This document shows positions 43,823 through 53,122 of a DNA stretch of 53,122 nucleotides, one piece after another. The stretch spans positions 7,192-60,313 of the forward strand of contig CAZYKZ010000001.1 of the NCBI GenBank assembly GCA_964648175.1, given 5' to 3'. The notes beneath the pieces were generated by a model. The model saw only the letters and a program-made list of their open reading frames with translations, was not told the DNA's origin and did no database searches. The position numbers and the translations under genes were made by a program. Source of the DNA: an uncultured Anderseniella sp. (GTDB lineage Bacteria > Pseudomonadota > Alphaproteobacteria > Rhizobiales > Aestuariivirgaceae). Within the stretch, counting starts at the first letter, position 1, and every line of letters begins with the position of its first letter.

Positions 43823-44839
43823 TCACCGCAATCTGGTGGAAACCGCCAAAACGAGCCGTTCCAGAACAGGCCATTCCACTTGCCGCTCCCGCCGGGCCAG
43901 GGCATTGGCGGCAGAAACAGCTTCGAGAATTCCCGATTGGTCAACTGAAGCAAGCCTGCGAACCTGATCAATAATGGCATCTTGTCTTTTCCAGAAGACC
44001 GGTGGCTTCCATTGCTTGATGACCACATCGGCACGGCGGCCGCCACCAGCGGCGGCTGCCATCTCAACCAAAAGCAACAGGTGATTTGTAAGACCGACCA
44101 AGGTGGATGTGGCTGAAGCACCTTCCGAACGAAGCTCACGCAGACCAGTCAACGCTCTCCCGACCTGACCAGCGAACGCACTATCCAGAACACTGTCCAA
44201 CGTGGCCGATCTGTTCAAAGCGCACGCAGCTTCCACATCCTCAAGCGAAAGCGTGTTGCCATCACCAACAAAGCTCACAAGCTTGGACACCTCGGTCTCC
44301 AGCAGTGCTGCATTGCCGGCTACAGCGTCAACGACAGCCGCGCAAACCTCAGACGATGCCTGAATTCCGGAGGCCGAGAGCAGCTGCCGCGCGACATTGG
44401 CCAACTCCCCTGCAGACTGCTCATAGCAAACGACAGCGAGTAATCGGGGACTCGCCTCAAACTCCTTGCGCATCGGCGACGACTTCTTCAGGTCTCCGGC
44501 AACGACCGCAAGGAATGAGCCGGTCCAGCCAAGCGACAAAGCTGAAATCACTTCGCGTTGCACACCGCTGCTGGTGGCCTCAACCACCACAATCTTGAAA
44601 CCGCCAAACAGCGAGATAGATTGCAGTTCTTCAAGCAACCTGCCAGGCTGCGACTCCACGTCTGCGGAGGAAAGCCTGATAACCTCCGAACCCGCCCTAG
44701 CTTGCTCTGTCTTGCTTGATACAGAGGACTTGAGGCGCTGCACCAAATCCCAATTCGGCCCAAACAGCATTATGCCGTCGTGTCCGAGCAAGTCCTCGCC
44801 AGACAGCCGGCCAAAGGCATCGGGCTTCAACCCAGCCAT
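43823..44839 (-). CDS. holA: DNA polymerase III delta subunit
   Basis: LFGP, SISLFGG, AGDLKKSS..RK.FE, CY, E..KL, PPVFWKR; leuS-lptE-holA synteny. Confidence 0.88.
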   Translation of the reverse strand: MAGLKPDAFGRLSGEDLLGHDGIMLFGPNWDLVQRLKSSVSSKTEQARAGSEVIRLSSADVESQPGRLLEELQSISLFGGFKIVVVEATSSGVQREVISALSLGWTGSFLAVVAGDLKKSSPMRKEFEASPRLLAVVCYEQSAGELANVARQLLSASGIQASSEVCAAVVDAVAGNAALLETEVSKLVSFVGDGNTLSLEDVEAACALNRSATLDSVLDSAFAGQVGRALTGLRELRSEGASATSTLVGLTNHLLLLVEMAAAAGGGRRADVVIKQWKPPVFWKRQDAIIDQVRRLASVDQSGILEAVSAANALARRERQVEWPVLERLVLAVSTRLR

Positions 44840-45352
44840 TCAGTTACCAGCAAGAAAAGCCGCCACGCGAAGCCGGACTTCCTGTCCCACCTGCTGCGCT
44901 GCCTGCTCTTCCGCATTCACGCGGGCCTGGACATTGGTGAAAGAGGCATTGAGCCGATCGTAGGGCACGCGGCTGAAAGCGCGGCCAGAGAAAATCGGCT
45001 TCTGCGATGAAATGTCGATCAGTTGAAAATCGGTAGTCAGGTTATAGGCCAGCCGCCGATGCACAGTATCTGACGTATCCACCAGAGTTTGCGAATCACC
45101 GGTGGCAGCGAGCTTCAAGACATACCTATCCGGAGCGGCGCCCCCGGCAGGACGAATGGAACGGACAATCTCATTGCGAACGAGTTGCCCCACACGCGTT
45201 GACTGCATCTCGACTGAAACTGATGCCAGATCCTGGCTAACAGACGATCCGTCATCCCGAGTGGCGTATAACGGCTGATAGCCGCAACCCTGCAGGAGGA
45301 CTGCGCCAAGCAGCAAAAGTGGCAGGCCTATCTGGTTAAGACGCATCTTCAT
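44840..45352 (-). CDS. lptE: LPS-assembly lipoprotein LptE
   Basis: Lipobox LQGC followed by GYQPLY; position between leuS and holA. Confidence 0.85.
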   Translation of the reverse strand: MKMRLNQIGLPLLLLGAVLLQGCGYQPLYATRDDGSSVSQDLASVSVEMQSTRVGQLVRNEIVRSIRPAGGAAPDRYVLKLAATGDSQTLVDTSDTVHRRLAYNLTTDFQLIDISSQKPIFSGRAFSRVPYDRLNASFTNVQARVNAEEQAAQQVGQEVRLRVAAFLAGN

Positions 45353-47958
45353 GAAGCAACAATATTGACCAGCTTGTCAGGCACAACAATCACTTTCCGC
45401 ACCGACATCCCATTGAGACTTCTTACCACACTCTCGTGATTCAGGCATGCCCGTTCAACGGCCTCGCGCGCAAGGCCCTTCTGTAGTGATGTCTCACCGC
45501 GCTTCTTGCCATTCACCTGAATAACAATGGTCACTTCGTCAGACGTCAGCAATGAAGGATCGTGCGACGGCCAAGCCTCCTCGCACACTAACCCGCTCTG
45601 CCCAAGCACCCTCCAGCACTCCTCGGCCAGGTGAGGCATCATCGGTGCAAACAACTGCACCAGGCGAGTAACTGCCTCACGCTGAACAACGCGTACCGAC
45701 GCATCTTGCGCCTCCTGAGCCGCCAGCGAAGCTGCGATGGCGTTGACCAACTCATACAACCGCGCGATTGCCCGATTGAACCTGAGAGCCGAAATATCGT
45801 CGCCAACCGAAGCGATGGTTGCGTGCGTCACCCGCCGAAGCGCCAAGGCAGCCGTGTTGTCTGACGCCGCGCTTAGGGACGCCGCACCCAGATCGACATC
45901 AAAACCAGCTACCTCACCCACTATGCGCCAGATTCGCTGAACGAACCGCCAGGCGCCAAGCACGCCAGCTTCCGTCCACTCGATGTCACGCTCCGGCGGC
46001 GTATCGGAAAGCATGAACCACCTGGCCGTATCAGCACCATATTTCTCGATGATGTCATCGGGGTCGATCACGTTCTTCTTCGACTTCGACATCTTCTCAG
46101 CCGGACCTGCTACCACCGGCTTTCCAGATGATGCCTCAATCCACCCGTCATCCACCCGGGCGACCTGGCTCGGCATCAACCATTCGCCGCTGGCGGATTT
46201 GTATGTCTCGTGAATGACCATGCCCTGCGTAAACAGGGACTTGAACGGCTCCTCGATGCTGAGGTGCCCGGTCATCTTCATCGCCCGCGCAAAAAACCGC
46301 GAATAGAGAAGGTGCAGAATTGCGTGTTCAATGCCGCCAATGTACTGATCGACTGGCATCCAGTAGTTCGCAGCATCCTGATCCACCGGCTCGCTGGCAT
46401 GGGGTGAGCAGAAGCGAGCGTAATACCAGGATGAGTCGATGAACGTATCGAACGTATCTGTTTCGCGCTGAGCCGGCCCATTACATTTCGGGCACGAAAC
46501 AGACTTCCACTTCTCGTTCCGGTCCAGTGGATTCCCCGGTTTGTCGAACGTTACATCATCCGGCAACACCACGGGCAGCTGATCGAGTGGCACCTCGACC
46601 ACCCCGCAGGACTGGCAATGGATAAACGGTATCGGGCAGCCCCAGTAACGCTGCCGAGAAACGCCCCAGTCCCTGAGGCGATAATTCGTGGTGCGTTCGC
46701 CGACCCCCATTTCTTCAAGCCGCCTGGCGACTTCATTCTTCGCGTCCTCGACCGACATGCCATTGAGAAATGCCGAATTGATCAGATGGACGGATGCCTG
46801 CTCCTTCTCGATCAAGGCTTCGTTGGCGATCTCCACGTCTTCCTCACCGCGCCGAGCAACAACGGGGATAACGTCAAGGCCATATTTCCTCGCAAAGTCC
46901 AAGTCGCGCTGGTCGTGCGCAGGGCAGCCAAACACGGCGCCCTCACCATATCCGATAAGGACGAAATTGGCGGCGTACACCGGTAGTTTCCTGGAAGGGT
47001 CGAACGGATGAACCGCATACAGCCCAAGCGGGACGCCCTTCTTCTCGGCCCGTTCAATTGCTTCCTCGCTGGTGCCCAACGAAGCGCATTCCTTGCGAAA
47101 CGCTGCAATCTCGGTCGATGATTCTGCCGCCTTCCGGGTGAGCTCATGATCAGCGGATATGGCACAGAAGCTGGCGCCAAAAATCGTATCGTGCCGGGTC
47201 GTGTAGACGGTCAACCGCTCGTCCAGCAAATTGCCACGAGCGTCTTCCAACGCAAAGGAGAAGCGCAGGCCTTCAGATTTGCCAATCCAGTTGCGCTGCA
47301 TGAGCCGGACCTTTTCCGGCCAGTCCGTCAGCGTGTCCAGCGCTGCCAGCAGCTCTTCCGAAAAATCCGAGATCTTGAGGAACCACTGCGCCAACTCGCG
47401 TTTCTCGACCGGTGCCCCCGAACGCCAGCCCTTGCCATCGATGACCTGCTCATTGGCCAGTACGGTCTGATCAACCGGATCCCAGTTCACGACCGAGACC
47501 TTCCGCTCGACAAGACCGGCACGGTAGAACTCGATGAACATCCGCTGCTCATGGCCATAGTACGACGGATCACAAGTGGCGAATTCCCTGCTCCAGTCGA
47601 TAGCAAGACCCATGGACTTCAGCTGGGCGCGCATCGTCGCAATATTGTCGTAGGTCCACTTGCCCGGATGAACCTTGCGCTCCATTGCAGCGTTCTCAGC
47701 CGGCATGCCGAACGCATCCCATCCCATCGGGTGGAGCACGTTGTAACCGCACGCCTTGCGATAGCGGGCAATCACGTCACCCATGGTGTAATTGCGGACA
47801 TGGCCCATATGGATACGGCCGGACGGGTACGGGAACATCTCCAGCACGTAATATTTCGGCTTGCTGGAAGAATTGCTGGCAACGAAACTGCCCGCTTCTT
47901 CCCAGGCCTTCTGCCATGCGGGTTCCGACACTTTCGGATTGTAGCGCTCACTCGACAT
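45349..47958 (-). CDS. leuS: Leucine--tRNA ligase
   Basis: [13 protein letters not shown] (HIGH), [17 protein letters not shown]; start ATG 47958. Confidence 0.98.
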   Translation of the reverse strand: MSSERYNPKVSEPAWQKAWEEAGSFVASNSSSKPKYYVLEMFPYPSGRIHMGHVRNYTMGDVIARYRKACGYNVLHPMGWDAFGMPAENAAMERKVHPGKWTYDNIATMRAQLKSMGLAIDWSREFATCDPSYYGHEQRMFIEFYRAGLVERKVSVVNWDPVDQTVLANEQVIDGKGWRSGAPVEKRELAQWFLKISDFSEELLAALDTLTDWPEKVRLMQRNWIGKSEGLRFSFALEDARGNLLDERLTVYTTRHDTIFGASFCAISADHELTRKAAESSTEIAAFRKECASLGTSEEAIERAEKKGVPLGLYAVHPFDPSRKLPVYAANFVLIGYGEGAVFGCPAHDQRDLDFARKYGLDVIPVVARRGEEDVEIANEALIEKEQASVHLINSAFLNGMSVEDAKNEVARRLEEMGVGERTTNYRLRDWGVSRQRYWGCPIPFIHCQSCGVVEVPLDQLPVVLPDDVTFDKPGNPLDRNEKWKSVSCPKCNGPAQRETDTFDTFIDSSWYYARFCSPHASEPVDQDAANYWMPVDQYIGGIEHAILHLLYSRFFARAMKMTGHLSIEEPFKSLFTQGMVIHETYKSASGEWLMPSQVARVDDGWIEASSGKPVVAGPAEKMSKSKKNVIDPDDIIEKYGADTARWFMLSDTPPERDIEWTEAGVLGAWRFVQRIWRIVGEVAGFDVDLGAASLSAASDNTAALALRRVTHATIASVGDDISALRFNRAIARLYELVNAIAASLAAQEAQDASVRVVQREAVTRLVQLFAPMMPHLAEECWRVLGQSGLVCEEAWPSHDPSLLTSDEVTIVIQVNGKKRGETSLQKGLAREAVERACLNHESVVRSLNGMSVRKVIVVPDKLVNIVAS

Positions 47959-48048
47959 TATTGTGATAAGCCTGCTGCTGTACGGAAATTCAGACGCGAT
48001 GCAGTAACAGGAAGCATCCACACGGGCAAGCCAGAGCACCAAGGAATG

Positions 48049-48723
48049 ATGACCGCGGCCAACCAGATCACGCAGAATTATAACGAAGTCATGTCCCGCA
48101 TTGCAGCGGCGGCAGGCAGAGCCGGGCGGCAGACAGAAGATATAACGCTGGTTGCCGTATCAAAGACGTTCGGACCTGAAGACATTGAACCGGTGCTGCA
48201 AATCCCGCACCGCACGTTTGGCGAAAACCGGGTACAGGAATCCTACGGCAAGTGGCCGGAGCTGAAGTCGCGCTATCCAGATACGGTGCTTCATCTCATC
48301 GGCCCCTTGCAGACCAACAAGGCGCGAGAGGCAGTCAGCCTGTTCGACTGCATAGAGACACTTGATCGCGAAAAGCTTGCCCGCACCCTTGGCAAGGAGA
48401 TTCAGGCGGCAGGCAAGGCGCCGGAGCTTTTTGTACAGGTCAACACGGGACTGGAACCCCAAAAGGCCGGGATCGAACCACAGGAACTGGACGGCTTCAT
48501 CCAGACCTGCCGAACCATCTATGACCTGCCGGTCACCGGGCTAATGTGCATTCCTCCGGTAGACGAGGAGCCCGCCCTGCACTTCGCATTGCTTGCGAAG
48601 CTCGCCGGCCGAAACGGATTGGCAAAACTCAGCATGGGCATGAGCGGCGATTTCGAGACGGCAATCGAGCTTGGAGCGACCCACGTGCGCGTAGGCAGTG
48701 CCATTTTCGGAGCACGCGGCTGA
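48049..48723 (+). CDS. yggS: PLP homeostasis protein YggS
   Basis: [49 protein letters not shown]; real start at 48046 or 48049, not 47146. Confidence 0.95.
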   Translation: MTAANQITQNYNEVMSRIAAAAGRAGRQTEDITLVAVSKTFGPEDIEPVLQIPHRTFGENRVQESYGKWPELKSRYPDTVLHLIGPLQTNKAREAVSLFDCIETLDREKLARTLGKEIQAAGKAPELFVQVNTGLEPQKAGIEPQELDGFIQTCRTIYDLPVTGLMCIPPVDEEPALHFALLAKLAGRNGLAKLSMGMSGDFETAIELGATHVRVGSAIFGARG

Positions 48724-48738
48724 CTGTTGCAGGTTGCC

Positions 48739-49278
48739 TCATGCCCGCACGACAAGACTTGTCGACGTGCTCCACGTCTCCAACATGTGCAACAGCTTCT
48801 TTCTGTCGAAAGCAATGCAGCCCTGCGTGGCGCCTCTATCGGGACGCTGAATGTGAATGAAGACGGCACTGCCGCGACCGGCCACCGGTGGACTGTCATT
48901 GTGACCGATCACCACCACCAGATCATAGACGCCATCCTCCCGCCAGAGCCGCTCGTGGCCTTCGTCAACCGGTAGCCCGACGGGTTGGTTGTAGTGCAAG
49001 GACGCTGGATCGTCGCACCAGCCGCTGTCGGGGCGAATCTTGAAGACGGGCAAACCGGTTCTCGGCCGCATCAAGCGGTCGGGCCTGTACATCACATAAC
49101 GCATTGGCCAGATGCCGGCCGGTGTCGAACCGTCACCCTCACGCTTCTGCAAGCGGATGCCGGCGGGACCAATCGAACAGGGATAATGCACATGACCGCA
49201 CTGCGCCATGGCGTTGTGGCTGTTGACCGGCCGGCCATGGATCACCACCTGATGAACAAACGTGTTTTTGCGTGACAC
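48739..49278 (-). CDS. L,D-transpeptidase family (YkuD-like) protein
   Basis: KREGDGSTPAG, YRPDR, GWCDDP...YN, GSAVFIH...TQGCIA (catalytic His/Cys); start approximate (GTG 49278). Confidence 0.88.
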   Translation of the reverse strand: MSRKNTFVHQVVIHGRPVNSHNAMAQCGHVHYPCSIGPAGIRLQKREGDGSTPAGIWPMRYVMYRPDRLMRPRTGLPVFKIRPDSGWCDDPASLHYNQPVGLPVDEGHERLWREDGVYDLVVVIGHNDSPPVAGRGSAVFIHIQRPDRGATQGCIAFDRKKLLHMLETWSTSTSLVVRA

Positions 49279-49354
49279 GGCTTGGGCTTTGCAAAACAAC
49301 GGCGTGCAACTAGAATCATCCAACAATCTTTGATCCAGACGGGCAACAGCCGCA

Positions 49355-50041
49355 ATGAGCAAGAAAAAGAAAATACTCATCGTCGATGACGACGATGCAC
49401 TGCGCGAAACAATCTCCGAACAGTTTGCGCTTCATGACGATTTTTCTGTGACAGCCCTGGCCGGCGGCCTTGCGGCAGTCAACTACCTGAAGAACGAACT
49501 TGCCGACCTCGTCATTCTTGACGTCAACATGCCCGACCTCGACGGACGCGAAGCATGCAAGATCATGCGCAAGAACGGGTATCGCGGACCGGTGATCATG
49601 CTGACAGCAGAGTCGTCCGATGCCGACACGATCCTGGGCCTTGATGCTGGCGCCAACGACTATGTCACCAAGCCATTCAAGTTCGCGGTGCTGTTGGCGC
49701 GGATTCGTGCCCAACTGCGCCAGCATGAACAAAGCGAAGATGCGGTATTCAAGATCGGCCCTTACACGTTCAAGCCCAGTGCAAAACTGCTGCTGCAGGA
49801 TGACAATCGCAAGATCAGGCTGACCGAGAAAGAAACGGCCATCCTGAAATTTCTCTACCGCGCGGGTGACAAGGTCGTGGGCCGGGATGTCTTGCTTCAC
49901 GAGGTCTGGGGTTATAACGCTGGCGTAACGACTCACACCCTGGAGACCCACATTTACCGGCTGCGGCAGAAGATCGAGACCGATCCCAGCCATACGCAGT
50001 TGCTTGTGACCGAAGCTGGCGGATACAAACTGGTTCCGTGA
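49355..50041 (+). CDS. cenR: OmpR-family response regulator, CenR/OtpR ortholog
   Basis: Receiver (LIVDDD, LDVNMPD, KPF) plus winged helix with WGYNAGVTTHTLETHIYRLRQKIE; no kinase nearby; LDT / cNMP protein / xth neighbourhood. Confidence 0.82.
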   Translation: MSKKKKILIVDDDDALRETISEQFALHDDFSVTALAGGLAAVNYLKNELADLVILDVNMPDLDGREACKIMRKNGYRGPVIMLTAESSDADTILGLDAGANDYVTKPFKFAVLLARIRAQLRQHEQSEDAVFKIGPYTFKPSAKLLLQDDNRKIRLTEKETAILKFLYRAGDKVVGRDVLLHEVWGYNAGVTTHTLETHIYRLRQKIETDPSHTQLLVTEAGGYKLVP

Positions 50042-50068
50042 GAGGACCAGACATGAGGCAGGTCTGAA

Positions 50069-50557
50069 ATGAACATCCGAGCGGCCGTGGACCTGCTGAG
50101 ACAGATACCGTTGTTTTCCAAGGTCGACGATGCACATTTGCAGACGCTGCTGTTTTCGTCAGACGAACTGGTCGTGCCGCAGGGCAGGCGGATTTTCGAG
50201 GCAGGCGATCCCGCAACCAGCGCCATCGTCATCACCAGCGGTGAGGCCGTCGTTCACGACGGTCAGACAGGCAGCGTGCTGGCTCTTGCCGGACCTGGCT
50301 CCATGTTCGGTGAACAGTCCATGATCGCTGGCCTGCCAAGGCAGGTAACGGTGAATGCAAAGACCGAAGTCGAGGCGATCGTGATTGAGCAAGCCGTCTT
50401 CATCAGGCTTTGTTCGGAATTTCCCGAAGTCGGCATGCAAATGCTCGACGTACTTGGCCGCCAGCTCGGTGAAAGCTCCGAGGCGCTGGCAGAAGTCCAG
50501 GAGCACTTCCAGGTTCAGCCGGTCGATGAACTTCTGAGACCGAAGCGGGAAGACTGA
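50069..50557 (+). CDS. Cyclic nucleotide-binding domain protein
   Basis: LRQIPLFS, IFEAGD, SGEA.V, GPGSMFGEQSMI...PR..TV.A; no HTH visible. Confidence 0.85.
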   Translation: MNIRAAVDLLRQIPLFSKVDDAHLQTLLFSSDELVVPQGRRIFEAGDPATSAIVITSGEAVVHDGQTGSVLALAGPGSMFGEQSMIAGLPRQVTVNAKTEVEAIVIEQAVFIRLCSEFPEVGMQMLDVLGRQLGESSEALAEVQEHFQVQPVDELLRPKRED

Positions 50558-50566
50558 TCCGCCGTC

Positions 50567-51364
50567 TTACTCGTCAATATCGACAATGACAGGGACGTGG
50601 TCTGAAGGCCTGTCCCATCCTCGCGCTTCTCGAACAATGGTGACGTTGCTGCACCGGTCAGCAATATCCTGCGGCACCCAGATATGATCGAGACGGCGGC
50701 CGCGATCAGCCACATCCCAATCCCGCGCCCGGTAACTCCACCAGGAATAAAGCTTCTCCGGTTCTGGATGTTGTTCGCGGACTGGGTCGTGATATCCGCT
50801 GCTCGTCATGAGGTCATTCAACTTGCCCGTTTCCAACGGCGTGTGGGACACGACCTTGAGCAACTGTTTGTGTGACCAGACATCGGATTCGAGGGGTGCG
50901 ATATTGAAGTCACCGGAAAGAACGTGGTGGCCGTCCGAATTTGCGCCGAGCTCGCTGGCCCATGCCTTCATTTCATCAATGAACTGCAGCTTGTGAGCAA
51001 ACTTAGCGTTTATCACAGGGTCTGGCTCATCACCGCCTGCAGGTACATAGAGGCTGTGAATGACAAGACCCGATCCGTCCAGCCGGACGCTGACATGCCG
51101 GCCATCATTGCGTCCGCAGAAGGTCTGGACGCTGCTGTCTACAATTGGAATTCGCGAAATGATCGCCACCCCATGGTGGCCGGTGTAGCCATTATCCGCA
51201 ACATGGCCATACCCCGCGTGCCGCAAGTCTGACGTGGGAAACTGGCCCGGTGGACACTTGGTCTCCTGAAGACACAGAACGTCCGGTTGCCATGTTTCAA
51301 GAAATTTGGTGACCAGCCCGATGCGAAGCCGCACCGAATTGATGTTCCATGTCGCAATCCGCAC
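50567..51364 (-). CDS. xth: Exodeoxyribonuclease III
   Basis: IATWNINSVR, LCLQETK, GDFNIAP, YSWWSYR, GRRLDHIW, PSDHVP. Confidence 0.96.
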   Translation of the reverse strand: MRIATWNINSVRLRIGLVTKFLETWQPDVLCLQETKCPPGQFPTSDLRHAGYGHVADNGYTGHHGVAIISRIPIVDSSVQTFCGRNDGRHVSVRLDGSGLVIHSLYVPAGGDEPDPVINAKFAHKLQFIDEMKAWASELGANSDGHHVLSGDFNIAPLESDVWSHKQLLKVVSHTPLETGKLNDLMTSSGYHDPVREQHPEPEKLYSWWSYRARDWDVADRGRRLDHIWVPQDIADRCSNVTIVREARGWDRPSDHVPVIVDIDE

Positions 51365-51372
51365 AGAGGTGC

Positions 51373-52038
51373 CTAGCGGTCAGACCGGTTCTTGCGTTCG
51401 CGTGAACGCTCTACCACGAACAGGTCAGGATTGGGGTTGGCGCTCTTGTCGATGTTCGACAGTTGCACACTTGTGCGCTGCCCCTTGCCGTCAATGATGA
51501 TCCACTGAACGAGTTCATTGTTGGCGCGATCGAACACCATGGTCAGCTGGCCTGCAACAAGCTGACCCTTCTCCTGCATGGTGATGGCCGAAAGCGATTC
51601 CTGGTGCTCGACGTTCAGAATGACCGCCTGATCGAAGAGATTGACCTGGTCGGACAGGACGAGTTTCAGAGGCGTCGTGGAGAGAGGATACTGATCATCG
51701 CTCTTGCGCGCTGTATTCTGCACGGTCACCCAGCTGCCGTCGGACACCACCAGCAACGGGCTGGGCGGGGCATACTCGAACCGCATCTTGCCGGGCTTGG
51801 CAATGTAGAAGATGCCATTGGCGACCTGTCCGCGGGGGCTGGTCTGTGTGAATTCACCGCTCATGTTGCGAATCTCGTTCAGATAGGCGTTCAGCTGCAC
51901 CAGAGCGGCCTTGTCGTCTTCGGTCAGCTGGGCGTTGGCCCAGGCCGTCGCGCCGGTCGAACCTGGCAGCATCCGGACGGCTGGCGAAACAACCAGTGCT
52001 GCTGATAGCAGTGCGATGGCAGAGGCGCGTTTGATCAT
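51373..52038 (-). CDS. lolA: Outer-membrane lipoprotein carrier LolA
   Basis: Signal peptide, GEFTQ, KPGKMRFEY, VSDG, YPLSTTPL; directly downstream of ftsK. Confidence 0.9.
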   Translation of the reverse strand: MIKRASAIALLSAALVVSPAVRMLPGSTGATAWANAQLTEDDKAALVQLNAYLNEIRNMSGEFTQTSPRGQVANGIFYIAKPGKMRFEYAPPSPLLVVSDGSWVTVQNTARKSDDQYPLSTTPLKLVLSDQVNLFDQAVILNVEHQESLSAITMQEKGQLVAGQLTMVFDRANNELVQWIIIDGKGQRTSVQLSNIDKSANPNPDLFVVERSRERKNRSDR

Positions 52039-52124
52039 CGATTCACTCCTGGATGTCCGGTCAATGGTGCATGTTTCGCGAAGAACTTGTCTGCCGTCAA
52101 CGCGGCGATAATGCGGCATCTGCG

Positions 52125-53122
52125 TCAGGCAGCATCGGAGCCAGCGAGAATTTCGCGCTTGCCGGCGTGATTGGCGGCGGAGATCAGTCCTTCCTGTTCC
52201 ATTCGTTCAATCAGGCTTGCGGCCTTGTTGTAGCCGATTGACAGGCGCCGCTGGATGTAACTGGTCGACACCTTCTTGTCGCGAAGGACGACAGCGACAG
52301 CCTGGTCGTACAAGTCATCGCCCGAACCACCGCCGCCAATGTCCCCGCCAAATCCTCCGGACTCTCCGTCGCCGGTGTCTTCGGTGACCGCCTCCACATA
52401 TTCGGGCGCGGCCTGGGTCTTGAGGTAGGCTACGATCTGTTCAACCTCGACGTCCGAAACGAAGGGGCCGTGCAGGCGTGATATGCGCCCGCCGCCGGCC
52501 ATGAACAGCATGTCGCCTTGCCCGAGCAGCTGTTCTGCTCCCTGCTCACCGAGGATGGTGCGGCTGTCGATCTTCGAGGTGACCTGGAACGAGATGCGGG
52601 TCGGGAAATTGGCCTTGATCGTGCCGGTAATCACGTCAACGGAGGGACGCTGCGTCGCCATGATGACATGAATGCCTGCGGCACGCGCCATCTGGGCAAG
52701 GCGCTGGACGGCGCCCTCGATGTCCTTTCCGGCCACCATCATCAGGTCAGCCATCTCGTCGATGATGACGACGATGTATGGCATCGGCGAAAGATCCATC
52801 TGCTCTTCCTCGTAGATTGGAGAGCCGGTCTCGGGGTCGAAACCTGTCTGGATCTGACGGGTGAACACCTCACCCTTCTTCTGTGCCTCTTCGGCGCGCA
52901 TGTTGTAGCCATCGATGTTGCGCACGCCGAGCTTGGACATCTTGCGATACCGTTCTTCCATCTCGCGTACGGCCCACTTCAGCGCCACCACCGCCTTGTG
53001 CGGATCCGTGACGACCGGTGCCAGCAGGTGAGGGATGCCCTCGTACACAGAAAGCTCGAGCATCTTGGGATCAATCATGATCAGCTTGCACTTGTCTGGC
53101 GGCAGGCGGAACAACAGCGACA
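52125..53122 (-). CDS. ftsK: DNA translocase FtsK, C-terminal part (5' end outside the window)
   Basis: [32 protein letters not shown], gamma domain [17 protein letters not shown]. Confidence 0.97.
   Translation of the reverse strand, partial: SLLFRLPPDKCKLIMIDPKMLELSVYEGIPHLLAPVVTDPHKAVVALKWAVREMEERYRKMSKLGVRNIDGYNMRAEEAQKKGEVFTRQIQTGFDPETGSPIYEEEQMDLSPMPYIVVIIDEMADLMMVAGKDIEGAVQRLAQMARAAGIHVIMATQRPSVDVITGTIKANFPTRISFQVTSKIDSRTILGEQGAEQLLGQGDMLFMAGGGRISRLHGPFVSDVEVEQIVAYLKTQAAPEYVEAVTEDTGDGESGGFGGDIGGGGSGDDLYDQAVAVVLRDKKVSTSYIQRRLSIGYNKAASLIERMEQEGLISAANHAGKREILAGSDAA

Noticed and set aside
47146-48045. Apparent 525-aa YggS with a 300-aa N-terminal extension
   Set aside because: The extension is the antisense shadow of leuS; the YggS domain starts at 48046/48049 after an AAGGA RBS
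52072-52087. parS-like TGTTTCGCGAAGAACT between ftsK and lolA (similar half-site near 32722-32737)
   Set aside because: About five mismatches to parS with only one good half-site; compatible with chance

Overview
A 53 kb stretch of core chromosome from a GC-rich alphaproteobacterium (Hyphomicrobiales/Rhizobiales-like gene order), spanning the replication origin and centromere. About 60 housekeeping CDSs are present: comM(yifB)-gshB-yraN-rsmI, hemW-rdgB-rph, hrcA-grpE-dnaK-dnaJ, dapB-gpmA, ada-like/nth/alkB repair genes, his genes-coaA, hslVU, a timA-mltA-smr-XRE operon with divergent fxsA-secB, DUF299-maf-aroE-coaE-dnaQ, hemE-hemJ-rho, mnmE-mnmG-rsmG-parA-parB, holA-lptE-leuS, yggS, an L,D-transpeptidase, cenR plus a cNMP-binding protein, and xth-lolA-ftsK. 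I found no rRNA, tRNA, CRISPR array, transposase, prophage or defence island, and I cannot support a clearly new protein system. The most interesting signals are non-coding. (1) A probable oriC lies between DUF299 and hemE, with DnaA boxes, Caulobacter-type G/W boxes and an exact IHF site. (2) There are two parS sites, one 16 bp from a perfect DnaA box and one inside rsmG. (3) A G+T versus C+A strand asymmetry appears to flip at the parS pair rather than at oriC, independent of gene orientation. (4) A ~740 bp rho-mnmE spacer with no credible ORF carries a GANTC cluster. (5) The dnaK leader is highly structured. Product calls come from my recognition of the translated sequences and synteny, not from database searches. 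Several start codons were moved inward from the ORF track.
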